In this document: positions 19,420 to 28,883 of the stretch, piece by piece
Position numbering within the stretch: position 1 is the stretch's first letter
Layout of the letters: each line of letters begins with the position of its first letter
Assembly (NCBI GenBank): GCA_052078155.1
Contig: JBQJBP010000006.1
Span: forward strand, 34,581-98,580
Reading direction: 5' to 3'
Length of the DNA: 64,000 nucleotides
DNA from: Rhodovibrionaceae bacterium GXU_MW_A322
GTDB taxonomy: Bacteria > Pseudomonadota > Alphaproteobacteria > Kiloniellales > DSM-21159
Notes under the pieces: generated by a model
What the model saw: the letters and a program-made list of their open reading frames with translations, nothing else
Databases searched by the model: none
Told to the model about the DNA's origin: nothing
Position numbers and translations under genes: made by a program

Positions 19420-20127
19420 TTACATCGCATCAACGTTGTCGATATTGAAATTGTAGAGGTTCCGGGCTGAACCATAGCGTTTGAAGTCTTTGGCGTCGGC
19501 CTCGACGCCTGCTTCCGCCAGCAGCCGGGTGATCGTTTCCAGATGCTCGGGGCGCATTTCCTTTTCCACGCAGTCAGCGCCCAGGCTGTCGACCTTACCT
19601 TTGACAAAAAGGTTGGCCTCATAAACGGAATCGCCCAGGTCGTGACCGGCATCTCCGCAGATCACCACATTGCCCTTTTGGCCCAGGAAGCCACACATGT
19701 GGCCAACAGAGCCTTTGACGACGATATCGACGCCTTTCATGGAAATGCCACAGCGGGCTGCGGCGTCGCCTTCGATCACCAGCAGGCCGCCGTGGGCAGT
19801 GGCCCCGGCAAATTGGGAGGCATTGCCGGTGACGCGCACAGAGCCGGACATCATGTTTTCAGCCACACCAGGCCCAGCGTGGCCCTTGATGACAATGTTG
19901 GCTTCCTTGTTCATTCCGCCGCAGTAGAAGCCCGCATGCCCTTCGACCGTTACGTTGATCGGCTCGGTCAAACCGACGGCAATGGAATGGGTGCCCAGAG
20001 GGTTCACCACATGCCAGTCGGTTTCAGCAGCTGATTCAGGGCCTTCCAGCCCCCGGATGGTCCGGTTAACTGTGGTCAGGTCGCTCGTTTTCAGGTCGAG
20101 TTCTGTTGACATTAGTTGTGGCTCCAA
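19420..20127 (-). CDS. glxC: GXGXG-motif protein, glutamate-synthase C-terminal-domain-like (GlxC/MgsB type)
   Basis: 235 aa; repeated beta-helix GXGXG motifs (VEGHAGFYCGGMNKEANIVIKGHAGPGVAENMMSGSVRVTGNA). Confidence 0.8.
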   Translation of the reverse strand: MEPQLMSTELDLKTSDLTTVNRTIRGLEGPESAAETDWHVVNPLGTHSIAVGLTEPINVTVEGHAGFYCGGMNKEANIVIKGHAGPGVAENMMSGSVRVTGNASQFAGATAHGGLLVIEGDAAARCGISMKGVDIVVKGSVGHMCGFLGQKGNVVICGDAGHDLGDSVYEANLFVKGKVDSLGADCVEKEMRPEHLETITRLLAEAGVEADAKDFKRYGSARNLYNFNIDNVDAM

Positions 20128-21014
20128 CTGTAGATCTTTGCTGGTTCCGGTTCCCAGATCTTTGCGTTCTCCGCACCTGGCAGAGTGGCGATGGCCCGGA
20201 ATTCCGTTGCCATGGCAACCCAGTCATCGGTCTCGGCCATGACGGCGTGTTTGCAGGAGATGGGATCGCGCACCACAGCAAACCCGTCGCGGGTTCCCAC
20301 AGCAAAGGTGAAGAAGCCGTCCAGGTGTTTCAGCGCGGACTCAAGCGCTTCATCCAGGCTGTCGCCCTGTTCCATCCGCCAGGTCAGATAGCCAGCGGCC
20401 ACTTCACTGTCGTTTTCGGTCCGGATTTCAATACCTTCGCGGCGCAGCTGGTCGCGCAGCCGGAAGTGGTTGGACAAAGATCCGTTGTGCACAAGGCAGA
20501 GATCTTCACCGGTGGAAAAGGGGTGGGACCCGTCGGTGGTCACGGCGGATTCCGTCGCCATACGGGTATGTCCCAGGGCGTGGGTGCCGTTCAGACCAAC
20601 CAGGCCAAAGCGGTCAATGACGTCTTTGGGGCGACCCGTTTCCTTGAAGATTTCAATGGCATCGCCGCCGCTGACAATCCGCAGGTCAGGATGGTTGTCT
20701 TTCAACCAGTTCCGGACGGTTTTGTAGTCATGGTCGCTGCGCAGAACTGCATGGGTTGCGCGTTCTTCTACCGTCATCTCACCGTTCAGACGCAGGGTGC
20801 CTTCAGCAGCCAGGGCTGCCCAGTCGTAGTCACCTGATTCTTCGGGTGTCAGGGTCAGTTTGGTGCCGCCCTGAGGTGCCGGGTTCCGATAAAAAGCGAC
20901 GCCGGCGGAATCGGGTCCGCGCTCGGTCATTTCTTCCAGCATCGGGGAAAGAAGTTTCCCCAGATTTGCCTCAACTTCAGGAGTCTTGGCAAAAAGTCCA
21001 ACAATTCCACACAT
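20112..21014 (-). CDS. glxB: class II glutamine amidotransferase-like protein (GlxB/MgsA type)
   Basis: 300 aa beginning MCGIVGL (N-terminal nucleophile Cys of class II GATases); overlaps glxC by 16 nt. Confidence 0.8.
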   Translation of the reverse strand: MCGIVGLFAKTPEVEANLGKLLSPMLEEMTERGPDSAGVAFYRNPAPQGGTKLTLTPEESGDYDWAALAAEGTLRLNGEMTVEERATHAVLRSDHDYKTVRNWLKDNHPDLRIVSGGDAIEIFKETGRPKDVIDRFGLVGLNGTHALGHTRMATESAVTTDGSHPFSTGEDLCLVHNGSLSNHFRLRDQLRREGIEIRTENDSEVAAGYLTWRMEQGDSLDEALESALKHLDGFFTFAVGTRDGFAVVRDPISCKHAVMAETDDWVAMATEFRAIATLPGAENAKIWEPEPAKIYSWSHN

Positions 21015-21148
21015 GGCTTGAAATTCCGCATGATTAACTTGCGCAGAGTATATCGATAGCCAAGTGAATATATCAACCCCTGTTAAAAGAAATTTCCTCT
21101 CAGGAAACTTTCTGATTTTTCAGAGGCAAAGGGTAATGCAGGGGAACT

Positions 21149-21817
21149 TCAGTCGTCTGAAATCCGGGTGTAGGAAATGATTGAAAGGTAGGAAATGGGC
21201 AGTTTGTTGAGCTTTTCAGGGCCGTGCAGAGCGTCGGCGTCAAACAAAAGCGAATCGCCGGGGTTGAGCACGTAGAGTTCATCGCCGTGGCGATAGGTCA
21301 CTTCACCCTCCAGCATGTAGATAAATTCCATGCCGCCGTGCTGGAAAACAGGGAATACGTCTGATTCCTCATTCAGGGAGATGAGGTAGGGCTCCACGGT
21401 AATGGCGTTGCCGACAGCATGTCCCAGCAGGTTGTACTGATGTCCGGCGCGGGTGCCGCGGCGCTCAATCTTCAGGCCCTGACCGGCGGGCACATAGCTG
21501 ACGTCCCGATGTTCTTCGTACTTCTGAAACAGGGCGGTAACCGGCACGTTCAGGGCTTCGGAAACAGCCTTGAGGGTTGATAATGACGGGGAAGTCGAGC
21601 CGTTTTCAATCTTTGACAGCATCCCGGCAGAGAGACCGGCCTGCTTTGCCATTTCTGAAACGGTCATGTTGAGTTTCTGCCGGAAATGGCGGACCTGCTG
21701 TCCGATGGCGGTTTCCAGAGAATTCTCTGAAACGCCGCCAACATCATGCGGGTTTTGGCTCGGAAGGCCGGTATCGCCTTTTTGGGTTTTGCTGGGCATT
21801 CGCAGAAATTCCGCCAT
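21149..21817 (-). CDS. XRE-family HTH + cupin-domain transcriptional regulator (PuuR-like architecture)
   Basis: HTH_3 motif (IGQQVRHFRQKLNMTVSEMAKQAGLSAGMLSKIENG) followed by a cupin barrel (YLISLNEESD...FQHGGMEFIYMLEGEV); the start may be the MPSKTQ methionine at 21799. Confidence 0.75.
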   Translation of the reverse strand: MAEFLRMPSKTQKGDTGLPSQNPHDVGGVSENSLETAIGQQVRHFRQKLNMTVSEMAKQAGLSAGMLSKIENGSTSPSLSTLKAVSEALNVPVTALFQKYEEHRDVSYVPAGQGLKIERRGTRAGHQYNLLGHAVGNAITVEPYLISLNEESDVFPVFQHGGMEFIYMLEGEVTYRHGDELYVLNPGDSLLFDADALHGPEKLNKLPISYLSIISYTRISDD

Positions 21818-22038
21818 ACATTCATTTTCTTTACTCTATTACCTCCTTGCTCCCGACTTGGCTACACCCGGTCTTGAGCCGTGCAGGGGCAGATTGTCAC
21901 GCACCAAAGGCGGGTAGGTGGAACCGGAAGGATGTGAGGAGGGGGAAGACGTCTGTCACGGGGTCCTTGCCTCCAGCCGGTCTTTACGGCCTGATGGGGA
22001 CAGGGCGTTTTGCCCTGTTGGATTTGGGGAACCCTTAC

Positions 22039-22755
22039 ATGAGCCTGCTGTTTGAAGAGCTGGATTACCGGCCAACGCCCATCGGTGATCTGTCACTGCG
22101 CCGTCGGCGGGACCTCAAGCTGGGAAAAGACGTCATTGAGATCAAGCTGGGGGAGGAGTTTTTGATGTCTTCCCACTTTACAGCTTCCGAGATCGCCCTG
22201 GCGGAACTGGGGCTCAAAGACCTGCTGCCCGGCACACCTCTGGATGTGATCGTTGGTGGACTGGGGCTGGGCTACACGGCACAGGCCGTGCTGGAGCAGG
22301 ATCAAGTTGCCTCTTTGCGGGTGATCGATGCCCTGCAGCCGGTTATCGACTGGCACGAAAGCGGGCTTTTGCCTCTGGGGCCAGGCTTGACCAGCGATCC
22401 CCGGTGCCACTTTCAGCTGGGTGATTTCTTTGCCCTGGCGCAGTCTGAAGAGGGGTTTCAGGCGGCTGAGCCGGGCCGGAAATACCACGCCATCCTGGTG
22501 GACATTGATCATTCGCCGGAGCAATGGCTTGATCCGAACAACGCGCCTTTTTACCAGCCTGAAGGCTTGGCAAAGGTGAAACAGCACCTCCACCCCGGGG
22601 GCGTCTTCGGGCTCTGGTCCAATGATAAACCGGAAGCTGATTTTACTGCCCGGTTAGAGGCGGTTTTTGGGCGTGCTTCTGCTGAGCCGGTGGTGTTCTA
22701 CAACCCCATCCAGGACTGCGATTTCACGCAGACTGTTTATCTGGCCTGGGTCTGA
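22039..22755 (+). CDS. spermidine-synthase-like (polyamine aminopropyltransferase fold) protein
   Basis: LDVIVGGLGLGYTAQAVL...YHAILVDIDHSPE...GGVFGLWSN pattern of spermine/spermidine-synthase-like class I methyltransferase-fold proteins. The start is placed at the MSLLFEEL methionine; the longer upstream ORF lacks coding character. Confidence 0.6.
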   Translation: MSLLFEELDYRPTPIGDLSLRRRRDLKLGKDVIEIKLGEEFLMSSHFTASEIALAELGLKDLLPGTPLDVIVGGLGLGYTAQAVLEQDQVASLRVIDALQPVIDWHESGLLPLGPGLTSDPRCHFQLGDFFALAQSEEGFQAAEPGRKYHAILVDIDHSPEQWLDPNNAPFYQPEGLAKVKQHLHPGGVFGLWSNDKPEADFTARLEAVFGRASAEPVVFYNPIQDCDFTQTVYLAWV

Positions 22756-23009
22756 TCCGGAGGCCCGCGGACACCGCCGGGCCTCCGGGATACTGTCCCG
22801 ATCACAATTTGGTGAAACCCTGCGGGCAGTGCTGGGGTCACCCTGCTGCAGACATCATGAAAACGTCGCTGATCTGGATAACCGCCAAAAATCAGCTGGC
22901 TGATATGATTTGCCATTTCCGGAAGGTTGTGGTCCAAGTCTGCCATCAGCTGCGCGCGTAGTGGACCCATAAGGTCAGGACGCGGCTGATTGTCGGCAAC
23001 GGCCCGGAG

Positions 23010-23075
23010 ACAATTCGGTTTAAGTGGCCTCTCTTCGTGAGAGTGGTCTTACCGTGAAACTTGTTCTGGTGAACG
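23010..23075. repeat. degenerate partial copy of MITE-like element
   Basis: tcggtttaagtggcctctcttcgtgagagtggtcttaccgtgaaac resembles the tcggtttaagtggaatcactacgtgatagcacttaaagcgtgaat module. Confidence 0.35.
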
Positions 23076-23206
23076 TTGCCCTGATTTATCGAGAGCCTGG
23101 CAGTGATCTGTCTCAGGCCTTGCTCCTGGCAGCTGAACTACGCTGGCTCCCCTTACATAAACGAATTCGTCGCGGTTTTTGCCGTTCTTTCGGCCTGCGA
23201 TGATCA

Positions 23207-24880
23207 TTGAAAGTACTTTCTTTGACGACTTTTGAGTCTCTCGGCCTTGCCGAGCCCCTCCTTCGTGCGCTCTCCGCCGAAGGCTACAGCAACCCAACCC
23301 CCATTCAGGCTGACGTGGTGCCGACCATGCTGGCTGGCGAAGATCTGGTGGGCATTGCCCAAACCGGTACAGGCAAAACTGCCGCCTTTACCCTGCCACT
23401 GCTGCACAAAATCGCTCAGCAACAACCCAAACGGCACCCCAAAAGCTGTGGTGCCCTGATCCTGGCGCCGACCCGTGAACTGGCCGCCCAGATCGCTGAA
23501 TCCATCGAAACCTATGGCCGCCACATCCGCCACTCCGTTGCCGTTGTGGTCGGCGGTGTCAAAGCCAACCCACAGATCCGGGCCATGTCCCGTGGGGTCG
23601 ACATCCTGGTGGCAACGCCTGGACGCCTGGAAGATCTGCAGGCCCAGGGGGCCATCTGCCTCGATCACACCGATACGGTCATCCTCGATGAAGCCGATCA
23701 GATGCTGGACCTGGGCTTTCTGCCTGCCATCCGGCGGGTGATGAAGCTGCTGCCGCGCCAGCGTCAGACGGTTTTGCTCTCCGCCACCATGCCCAAACAG
23801 ATCCGGCGCCTGGCCGACGACTTCCTGACCTCCCCGGCTGAAATTGCCGTGGCACCGGCGTCCCGACCCATTGACCGCATCGACCAGACGGTGATGCATC
23901 TGGACCGGCCCGGGAAAAGGGAGAAGCTGGTTGAGCTTCTCCGCCCGAGCGAGGTGGAGCGGGCCATTGTCTTTACCCGCACCAAACGCGGCGCCGACCG
24001 GGTCAGCCGGCAGTTGCAGGCAGCCGATCTGACTTCCGCAGCCATTCATGGCAACAAGAGCCAGGGGCAGCGGGAACGGGCGCTGGCCGCTTTCAAAGAC
24101 GGCAGCGTAAAGATCCTGGTGGCGACTGACATTGCCGCCCGGGGTATTGATGTGGAGGCTGTCTCCCACGTTGTGAACTTCGAGCTGCCCAATGTGCCGG
24201 AAGCCTATGTGCACCGGATCGGGCGCACGGCCCGCGCCGGAACCTCCGGCGTGGCGGTGTCTTTCTGTGATGATACGGAACAGGATCAGCTGAGAGACAT
24301 CGAGAAGCTGATCGGTACAAAGATCCCGGCCATTGGAACGCCCATTCAGGCGGATCCCGATGCGGAGAAGACCAAAGGCAAATCCTCTGGCCGGGGCGGT
24401 CGCGGGGTGCGTGCCGGAAACGGCAAGCAGACCGAAGGTCCGGCCCGCGCTGCCAAGGGCCGCCGTCGCCAGACTCCAGCGCAGGCGGAACGGGCGTCAG
24501 CTCAACGAGCAGAGCGTGACCGGGCCAGAGATGAGGCGCTGAAAAAGAACAAAGGTTCTGGCTCACAGGCGTCTCAGGGCAACAAACAGGCCCAAAGCAC
24601 GTCTCAGAAGACGACCCAGAAAACGCCACAGAAAACGCTGCTGCCTGACACCAAGCCCTCCCGGGATGGTCAGACGGTCAAGACCGCCGCGGGCAGGAAA
24701 AAAGGCAAAGGTAACTTTGCCAACAATGGAACGCGGCCATCAAAGGGCGCTGGGGCTTCCGGCCCGTCTGCTCAAAGCGGCCGGGGCAACCGGCAAGGCC
24801 AGGGGCAGGGGACCGGGCAGGCTCGAGGTCAGAAGAACAAAGGTTACCGCTCAGGCGGTGCCCGGAAGGCCGCAGCTTAG
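23207..24880 (+). CDS. rhlE: ATP-dependent DEAD-box RNA helicase (RhlE-like) with basic, low-complexity C-terminal tail
   Basis: Q-motif (YSNPTPIQ), motif I (AQTGTGKT), DEAD, SAT, HRIGRTAR(A)G; ~150-aa R/G/Q/K-rich tail with QKTTQKTPQKT repeats. TTG start at 23207, with no in-frame ATG upstream of the Q motif. Confidence 0.85.
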   Translation: MKVLSLTTFESLGLAEPLLRALSAEGYSNPTPIQADVVPTMLAGEDLVGIAQTGTGKTAAFTLPLLHKIAQQQPKRHPKSCGALILAPTRELAAQIAESIETYGRHIRHSVAVVVGGVKANPQIRAMSRGVDILVATPGRLEDLQAQGAICLDHTDTVILDEADQMLDLGFLPAIRRVMKLLPRQRQTVLLSATMPKQIRRLADDFLTSPAEIAVAPASRPIDRIDQTVMHLDRPGKREKLVELLRPSEVERAIVFTRTKRGADRVSRQLQAADLTSAAIHGNKSQGQRERALAAFKDGSVKILVATDIAARGIDVEAVSHVVNFELPNVPEAYVHRIGRTARAGTSGVAVSFCDDTEQDQLRDIEKLIGTKIPAIGTPIQADPDAEKTKGKSSGRGGRGVRAGNGKQTEGPARAAKGRRRQTPAQAERASAQRAERDRARDEALKKNKGSGSQASQGNKQAQSTSQKTTQKTPQKTLLPDTKPSRDGQTVKTAAGRKKGKGNFANNGTRPSKGAGASGPSAQSGRGNRQGQGQGTGQARGQKNKGYRSGGARKAAA

Positions 24881-25016
24881 AGTCAAATCGGTTTAAGTGG
24901 AATCGCTACGTGATAACGCTTAGAGCGTGAATCACCCTCTAGCAGGTTTAGAAGAGGCTTATTGACGTCTTATTTGAAATCACCTCGTGATTCCAAACAC
25001 GACGATAAGACTCTAG
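24877..25016. repeat. composite MITE-like element (inverted module C + forward modules B and C')
   Basis: agagtcaaatcggtttaagtggaatcgctacgtgataacgcttagagcgtgaat | caccctctagcaggtttagaagaggcttatt | gacgtcttatttgaaatcacctcgtgattccaaacacgacgataagactctag; its 5' terminus contains the helicase TAG stop. Confidence 0.8.
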
Positions 25017-25033
25017 CGACAGCTTTCTAAGAT

Positions 25034-25483
25034 TCAGCGCAGTTTTAACAGCAGGCGGGCAAAGTCCTTTGCCTCCTGCTGGCTGAGTTTTGCGGCAAAG
25101 TGGCGGGCAATGGCCTGCTGATAGGCTGGCCAGATGTCCTGTTTTGCCGCCTTCCCCTGTTCGGTGATCTGAACCAGAAACCCCCGACCATCATCTGCGC
25201 AGGGCAGGCGACGGATCAGGCCGGCCTTATCCATCCGATCGATCAGGCGCGACAGATTGTATTGCGACAGCAGCATTTCCTGCTGCAACTCGTAGGGGCG
25301 AAGTCCCTGGTCTTCATGGTGTTCCCGCCCCAGTTCCAGCAGCAGGTCGTACCAGACCAGCGGGGGGTGACCGGCGGCCTTCAGATCCTTTTCCACTTTC
25401 CCCAGAAGATCCTGAGAGGTCCGTACCAGACGGGCCCAGGCGGTGATCTGTTCTTCGGTGGGAAGGAGAGTGTCGTTAGTCAT
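25034..25483 (-). CDS. MarR-family transcriptional regulator
   Basis: 149 aa; winged-helix region (LSQYNLSRLIDRMDKAGLIRR...DGRGFLVQITEQG). Confidence 0.8.
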   Translation of the reverse strand: MTNDTLLPTEEQITAWARLVRTSQDLLGKVEKDLKAAGHPPLVWYDLLLELGREHHEDQGLRPYELQQEMLLSQYNLSRLIDRMDKAGLIRRLPCADDGRGFLVQITEQGKAAKQDIWPAYQQAIARHFAAKLSQQEAKDFARLLLKLR

Positions 25484-25502
25484 GCGCTGCTTGTACCAGT
25501 TA

Positions 25503-25561
25503 GATGCAAATGCATCAACCTTGACAAATTGTGAGTACGCGCCATTTTAATGCAACTGCAT
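25503..25561. promoter_or_regulatory. divergent MarR/GST intergenic region with two ATGCA-N2-TGCAT palindromes (putative MarR operators)
   Basis: gatgcaaatgcatc (25503-25516) and atgcaactgcat (25550-25561) seen directly in the sequence; they sit between divergently transcribed genes. Confidence 0.5.
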
Positions 25562-25680
25562 CTAAATGGAGTCTGCTTATGAATTCCACACCCGCCAGTT
25601 CTTCTCTGTCTCCCCTCCCTTCCCCCGGACAGACGGGAATGCCAACCCTCGACCGCTCGCGGGAAACGAGCCCCTTGGAG

Positions 25681-26376
25681 ATGGACCAGCAGTCACTCAC
25701 ATTGGTGAGCTATGACCTCTGTCCCTATGTTCAGCGCGCCGCCATTTCTCTTCTGGAAAAGAATGTGCCCTTTAACAGGGTGAGCGTTGATCTGGCGGAT
25801 AAACCCCAGTGGTTCCGGGACATCTCGCCGCTTGGCAAGGTGCCCCTGTTGCTGGTTCAGCAGCAGGAAAAGCAGGAGGCGATTTTTGAATCAGCCGTCA
25901 TTCTGGCCTACCTGGAAGAAACTCAACCCCAACCGCTTTTGGCTCCAGATCCCATTGCGCGGGCCCGGCAGCGGGGCTGGATTGAAGTGGGATCCACGAT
26001 CCTGAACGGCATAGGAGCTTTCTATTCAGCCGGATCAGAAGAAGCCCTTTTGACAAAGGCCTCAGATCTCAAGCAGATGTTCCGGCGGGTCGATGCGCAG
26101 CTGGCTCAGCGGCAGGTCACTGGCCCCTGGTTCCAGGGCTCAGACTTTTGCCTGGTTGATGCGGTTTACGGGCCGGTCTTTCGCTACTTTGATTGCTTTG
26201 ATCGCATCGCAGATTTCGGGATTCTGAAGGGGCTGAACCACCTGTCGGACTGGCGGAAAGCCCTGTCAGAACGCCCCTCTGTACGCCAGGCTGTATCTCC
26301 TGATTTCTCTGAAAAACTCTGGGCCTTCCTAAGAAAACGCGGATCGGCCTTAAGCCGGATGATGCCGGCAGAGTGA
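25681..26376 (+). CDS. glutathione S-transferase family protein
   Basis: LTLVSYDLCPYVQRAAISLLEKNVPFNRVSVDL...GKVPLL thioredoxin-like GST N-domain plus C-terminal helical domain. Start placed at the MDQQSL methionine; the ORF extends to 25531, so an N-terminal extension cannot be excluded. Confidence 0.7.
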   Translation: MDQQSLTLVSYDLCPYVQRAAISLLEKNVPFNRVSVDLADKPQWFRDISPLGKVPLLLVQQQEKQEAIFESAVILAYLEETQPQPLLAPDPIARARQRGWIEVGSTILNGIGAFYSAGSEEALLTKASDLKQMFRRVDAQLAQRQVTGPWFQGSDFCLVDAVYGPVFRYFDCFDRIADFGILKGLNHLSDWRKALSERPSVRQAVSPDFSEKLWAFLRKRGSALSRMMPAE

Positions 26377-26527
26377 TGAGAACTGAGGTCGATCTGTAAG
26401 GTCAGGGCCGTTAAACACTTGCGTCTGAGATCTGCCCCTTACAGGCATGCGCCCCTGCAAAACCTGCGCGTTTGAGGGGAGGGCGCTCAGAATTGAGGCT
26501 TTGGGAGGCTGTGGGATTTCTATATAG

Positions 26528-26552
26528 TTGACTTTGTCAATTAAATGATTGA
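26528..26552. promoter_or_regulatory. TTGAC-TTT-GTCAA perfect palindrome plus third TTGAC half-site upstream of MarR-GNAT gene (putative autoregulatory operator)
   Basis: ttgactttgtcaattaaatgattgac seen directly 13-37 nt upstream of the start codon. Confidence 0.45.
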
Positions 26553-26564
26553 CGTTATCCTTTA

Positions 26565-27524
26565 ATGGAGGATGACATGCCACAAAGTGCCAGCCACAGC
26601 CCTGAGGTTTCAGCCGAACAGATTGCCACGGTTCGGCAGTACAACCGCTTCTACACTCGCCAGATCGGTTTGCTGAATGAGGGCATACACAAAAGCAGCT
26701 ACTCCCTGGCCCAGGCCCGGATCATTTATGAACTGGCTCACTGTGCGAAGGCGACGGCCAGTGATCTGGCCCGGGACCTGGCCATGGACGCGGGCTACCT
26801 CAGCCGCCTCGTCAAAAAACTGCTCAATCTCGGTTTGCTGGAGCGGGAACAGTCAGCCAATGACGGTCGGCAGTTTCAGCTGTCGCTGAGTCCGGAAGGG
26901 CGGGCTGTTTTCGCTGAGCTGAACCAGAGCTCGAAGAATGAGATTAGGGAAACGCTGACTGACATTCCTGTGGGGGAACGCGACCAGCTGGTGCGGGCCA
27001 TGCAGAGCATTCAGGACATCCTGGGGCAGGGGCCGGAGCCAAAGGTCCCTTATATCCTGCGGGATCCGCAGCCGGGTGATTTCGGCTGGATCATTCATCG
27101 CCAGGCCCTGCTTTATCATCAGGAGTATGGTTGGGATGAGACCTTTGAAGGGTTGGTGTCGGAGATCATGGGCAGCTACATCCAGAATCACGATCCCAAA
27201 TGGGAGCGCTGTTGGGTGGCGGAGCGTCATGGGGAGGTCATTGGCTCGATCTTCTGTGTGAAGGAATCCGAAACCGTTGCCAAACTCCGGCTGCTTTATG
27301 TGGATTCCCGGGCCCGTGGCCTGGGGGTTGGCTCCCGCCTGGTGGATGAAGTGATCAGGTTTGCACGGGCCAAGGGGTACAAGAAGCTCACTTTCTGGAC
27401 CAATGATATTCTGGTGTCGGCCCGGCGGATTTATCAGGCGGCGGGCTTTGAACTGGTGGAGGAGTCCCCGCACCATTCCTTTGGCAAGGATCTGGTCGGA
27501 CAAATCTGGTCCATGGACCTCTAA
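26565..27524 (+). CDS. MarR-type HTH fused to GNAT N-acetyltransferase
   Basis: N-terminal winged helix (ASDLARDLAMDAGYLSRLVKKLLNLGLLER); C-terminal GNAT motifs (RLLYVDSRARGLGVGSRLVDEVIRFARAKGYKKLTFWTN). Confidence 0.75.
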   Translation: MEDDMPQSASHSPEVSAEQIATVRQYNRFYTRQIGLLNEGIHKSSYSLAQARIIYELAHCAKATASDLARDLAMDAGYLSRLVKKLLNLGLLEREQSANDGRQFQLSLSPEGRAVFAELNQSSKNEIRETLTDIPVGERDQLVRAMQSIQDILGQGPEPKVPYILRDPQPGDFGWIIHRQALLYHQEYGWDETFEGLVSEIMGSYIQNHDPKWERCWVAERHGEVIGSIFCVKESETVAKLRLLYVDSRARGLGVGSRLVDEVIRFARAKGYKKLTFWTNDILVSARRIYQAAGFELVEESPHHSFGKDLVGQIWSMDL

Positions 27525-27825
27525 TGTCACACCGCTTTCTGTTGCCCCGCTGTGTGAGCGTTTTCAACGCGTGACGCACTTGGCTGAGAATAAGAGGGGG
27601 ATACAGGGGGATGCAGGGGCAGGTTTGACGCGGACCACGATGCGCTCCGGCAGAGGGATCACGCTCTCGCCGCGGGCGCAGTGCCCCTCGTTTTCTCGGA
27701 GATCTTTTTGCCTGGTGGGGCGCCTTTAGGTGCCAAATCTGCAACCGACGCGGTGCAAGGTTCACCGTCCAACAGAGCCGGGAGGTTGTGCCCGACTGGT
27801 TCCTGATTAAAAAGCGGCTTTTTCG

Positions 27826-28842
27826 GTGGAGATGGGGTTGGTCCCCTTAGCGCAGGCCTTTGGATTGGTAACCATGATTGACAGCGAACGGACAAAGATC
27901 AGATGGGCGCTGATGGCCGCGGCGGCAACCGGTGTGCAGGTGGGGGCGGCCATGGTTGCCAGCCGCTATGTCATTGCTGAAATCCCACCAGCGTCGTTGG
28001 CTCTGCTGCGTTATGTCATCGCGCTGCTGTTCCTTTTGCCTTTTCTGCCCTATCGCGCCTGGCCCCGCATGCCGCTGAAGGATCTGGCCGTCGTTATGCT
28101 GTTGGGCATGCTGCAGTTTGGCTTGCTGATCTTTCTGCTGAATTTTGGCTTGCGGTTCATCGCGTCCGGTCAGGCAGCACTGCTCTTTGCCACCTTCCCC
28201 CTCATGACCATGGTGGTGGCCGCGGCCTTCGGGCGTGAAGCCTTGGGCTGGGCAAAGAGTTTGGGTGTCATGCTGTCTATTCTGGGGGTCGGGGCCGTGG
28301 TCCACAGCGATCTGCTGTCGGGAGTTAGTCTGACGGCCCATCCTCAGGGCTGGCTGGGTGTGCTGGCGGTCCTGGGGGCGGCTTTGACCGGGGCGGTGTG
28401 CTCCGTTTTCTACGGGCCCTATCTCAATCGCTACGCGACCCTGCCGCTGGCCTTTCTGGCCATGGCGGGCTCAATACTGGCCTTGGGCTTGGCAGCCTGG
28501 ACTGAAGGGTTTTTCGCACACCCCATAATGCTGTCGGCCCCGGGCTGGGGAGCTGTGCTGTTCATTGGCGCCTCCAGCGGCATCGGGTACCTGCTCTGGC
28601 TTTATGCGCTGGCCCATGCCTCTCCCACGAAGGTGACCATTTTCCTTTCGCTCAGCCCCCTGACCGCTGCGGTGCTCGGTGTCCTGCTGCTGGGTGAGTC
28701 ATTTACGGTGGCGCTGGCTTTCGGCCTGCTGGGTGTTGTCAGTGGCTTGTGGGTCGCAACCCGGGTCTCAGGAAACTCTGAACAAAAGGGCCAGAGCACC
28801 GGGGGCAAACCAGGACTGGAAAGACGAGCGGACAAAGGTTAA
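27826..28842 (+). CDS. DMT-superfamily (EamA-like) transporter
   Basis: 10-TM protein with two EamA-like repeats; hydrophilic C-terminus. Confidence 0.7.
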   Translation: MEMGLVPLAQAFGLVTMIDSERTKIRWALMAAAATGVQVGAAMVASRYVIAEIPPASLALLRYVIALLFLLPFLPYRAWPRMPLKDLAVVMLLGMLQFGLLIFLLNFGLRFIASGQAALLFATFPLMTMVVAAAFGREALGWAKSLGVMLSILGVGAVVHSDLLSGVSLTAHPQGWLGVLAVLGAALTGAVCSVFYGPYLNRYATLPLAFLAMAGSILALGLAAWTEGFFAHPIMLSAPGWGAVLFIGASSGIGYLLWLYALAHASPTKVTIFLSLSPLTAAVLGVLLLGESFTVALAFGLLGVVSGLWVATRVSGNSEQKGQSTGGKPGLERRADKG

Positions 28843-28883
28843 CTTCTGTTCTGGCTGATAAATCAGGGAGATAGGCAGGGCAG

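Noticed and set aside
22737-22970. 77-aa minus-strand ORF between the spermidine-synthase-like gene and the helicase
   Set aside because: No motifs, Arg/Pro-rich, overlaps the 3' end of the convergent plus-strand gene. Cannot be supported from the sequence alone.
25531-25680. Upstream extension of the GST ORF (start 25531, Ser/Pro-rich 50 aa)
   Set aside because: The low-complexity S/P-rich translation overlaps the divergent promoter/operator region. The GST domain begins at the internal Met at 25681. Left open as a possibility in the feature evidence.
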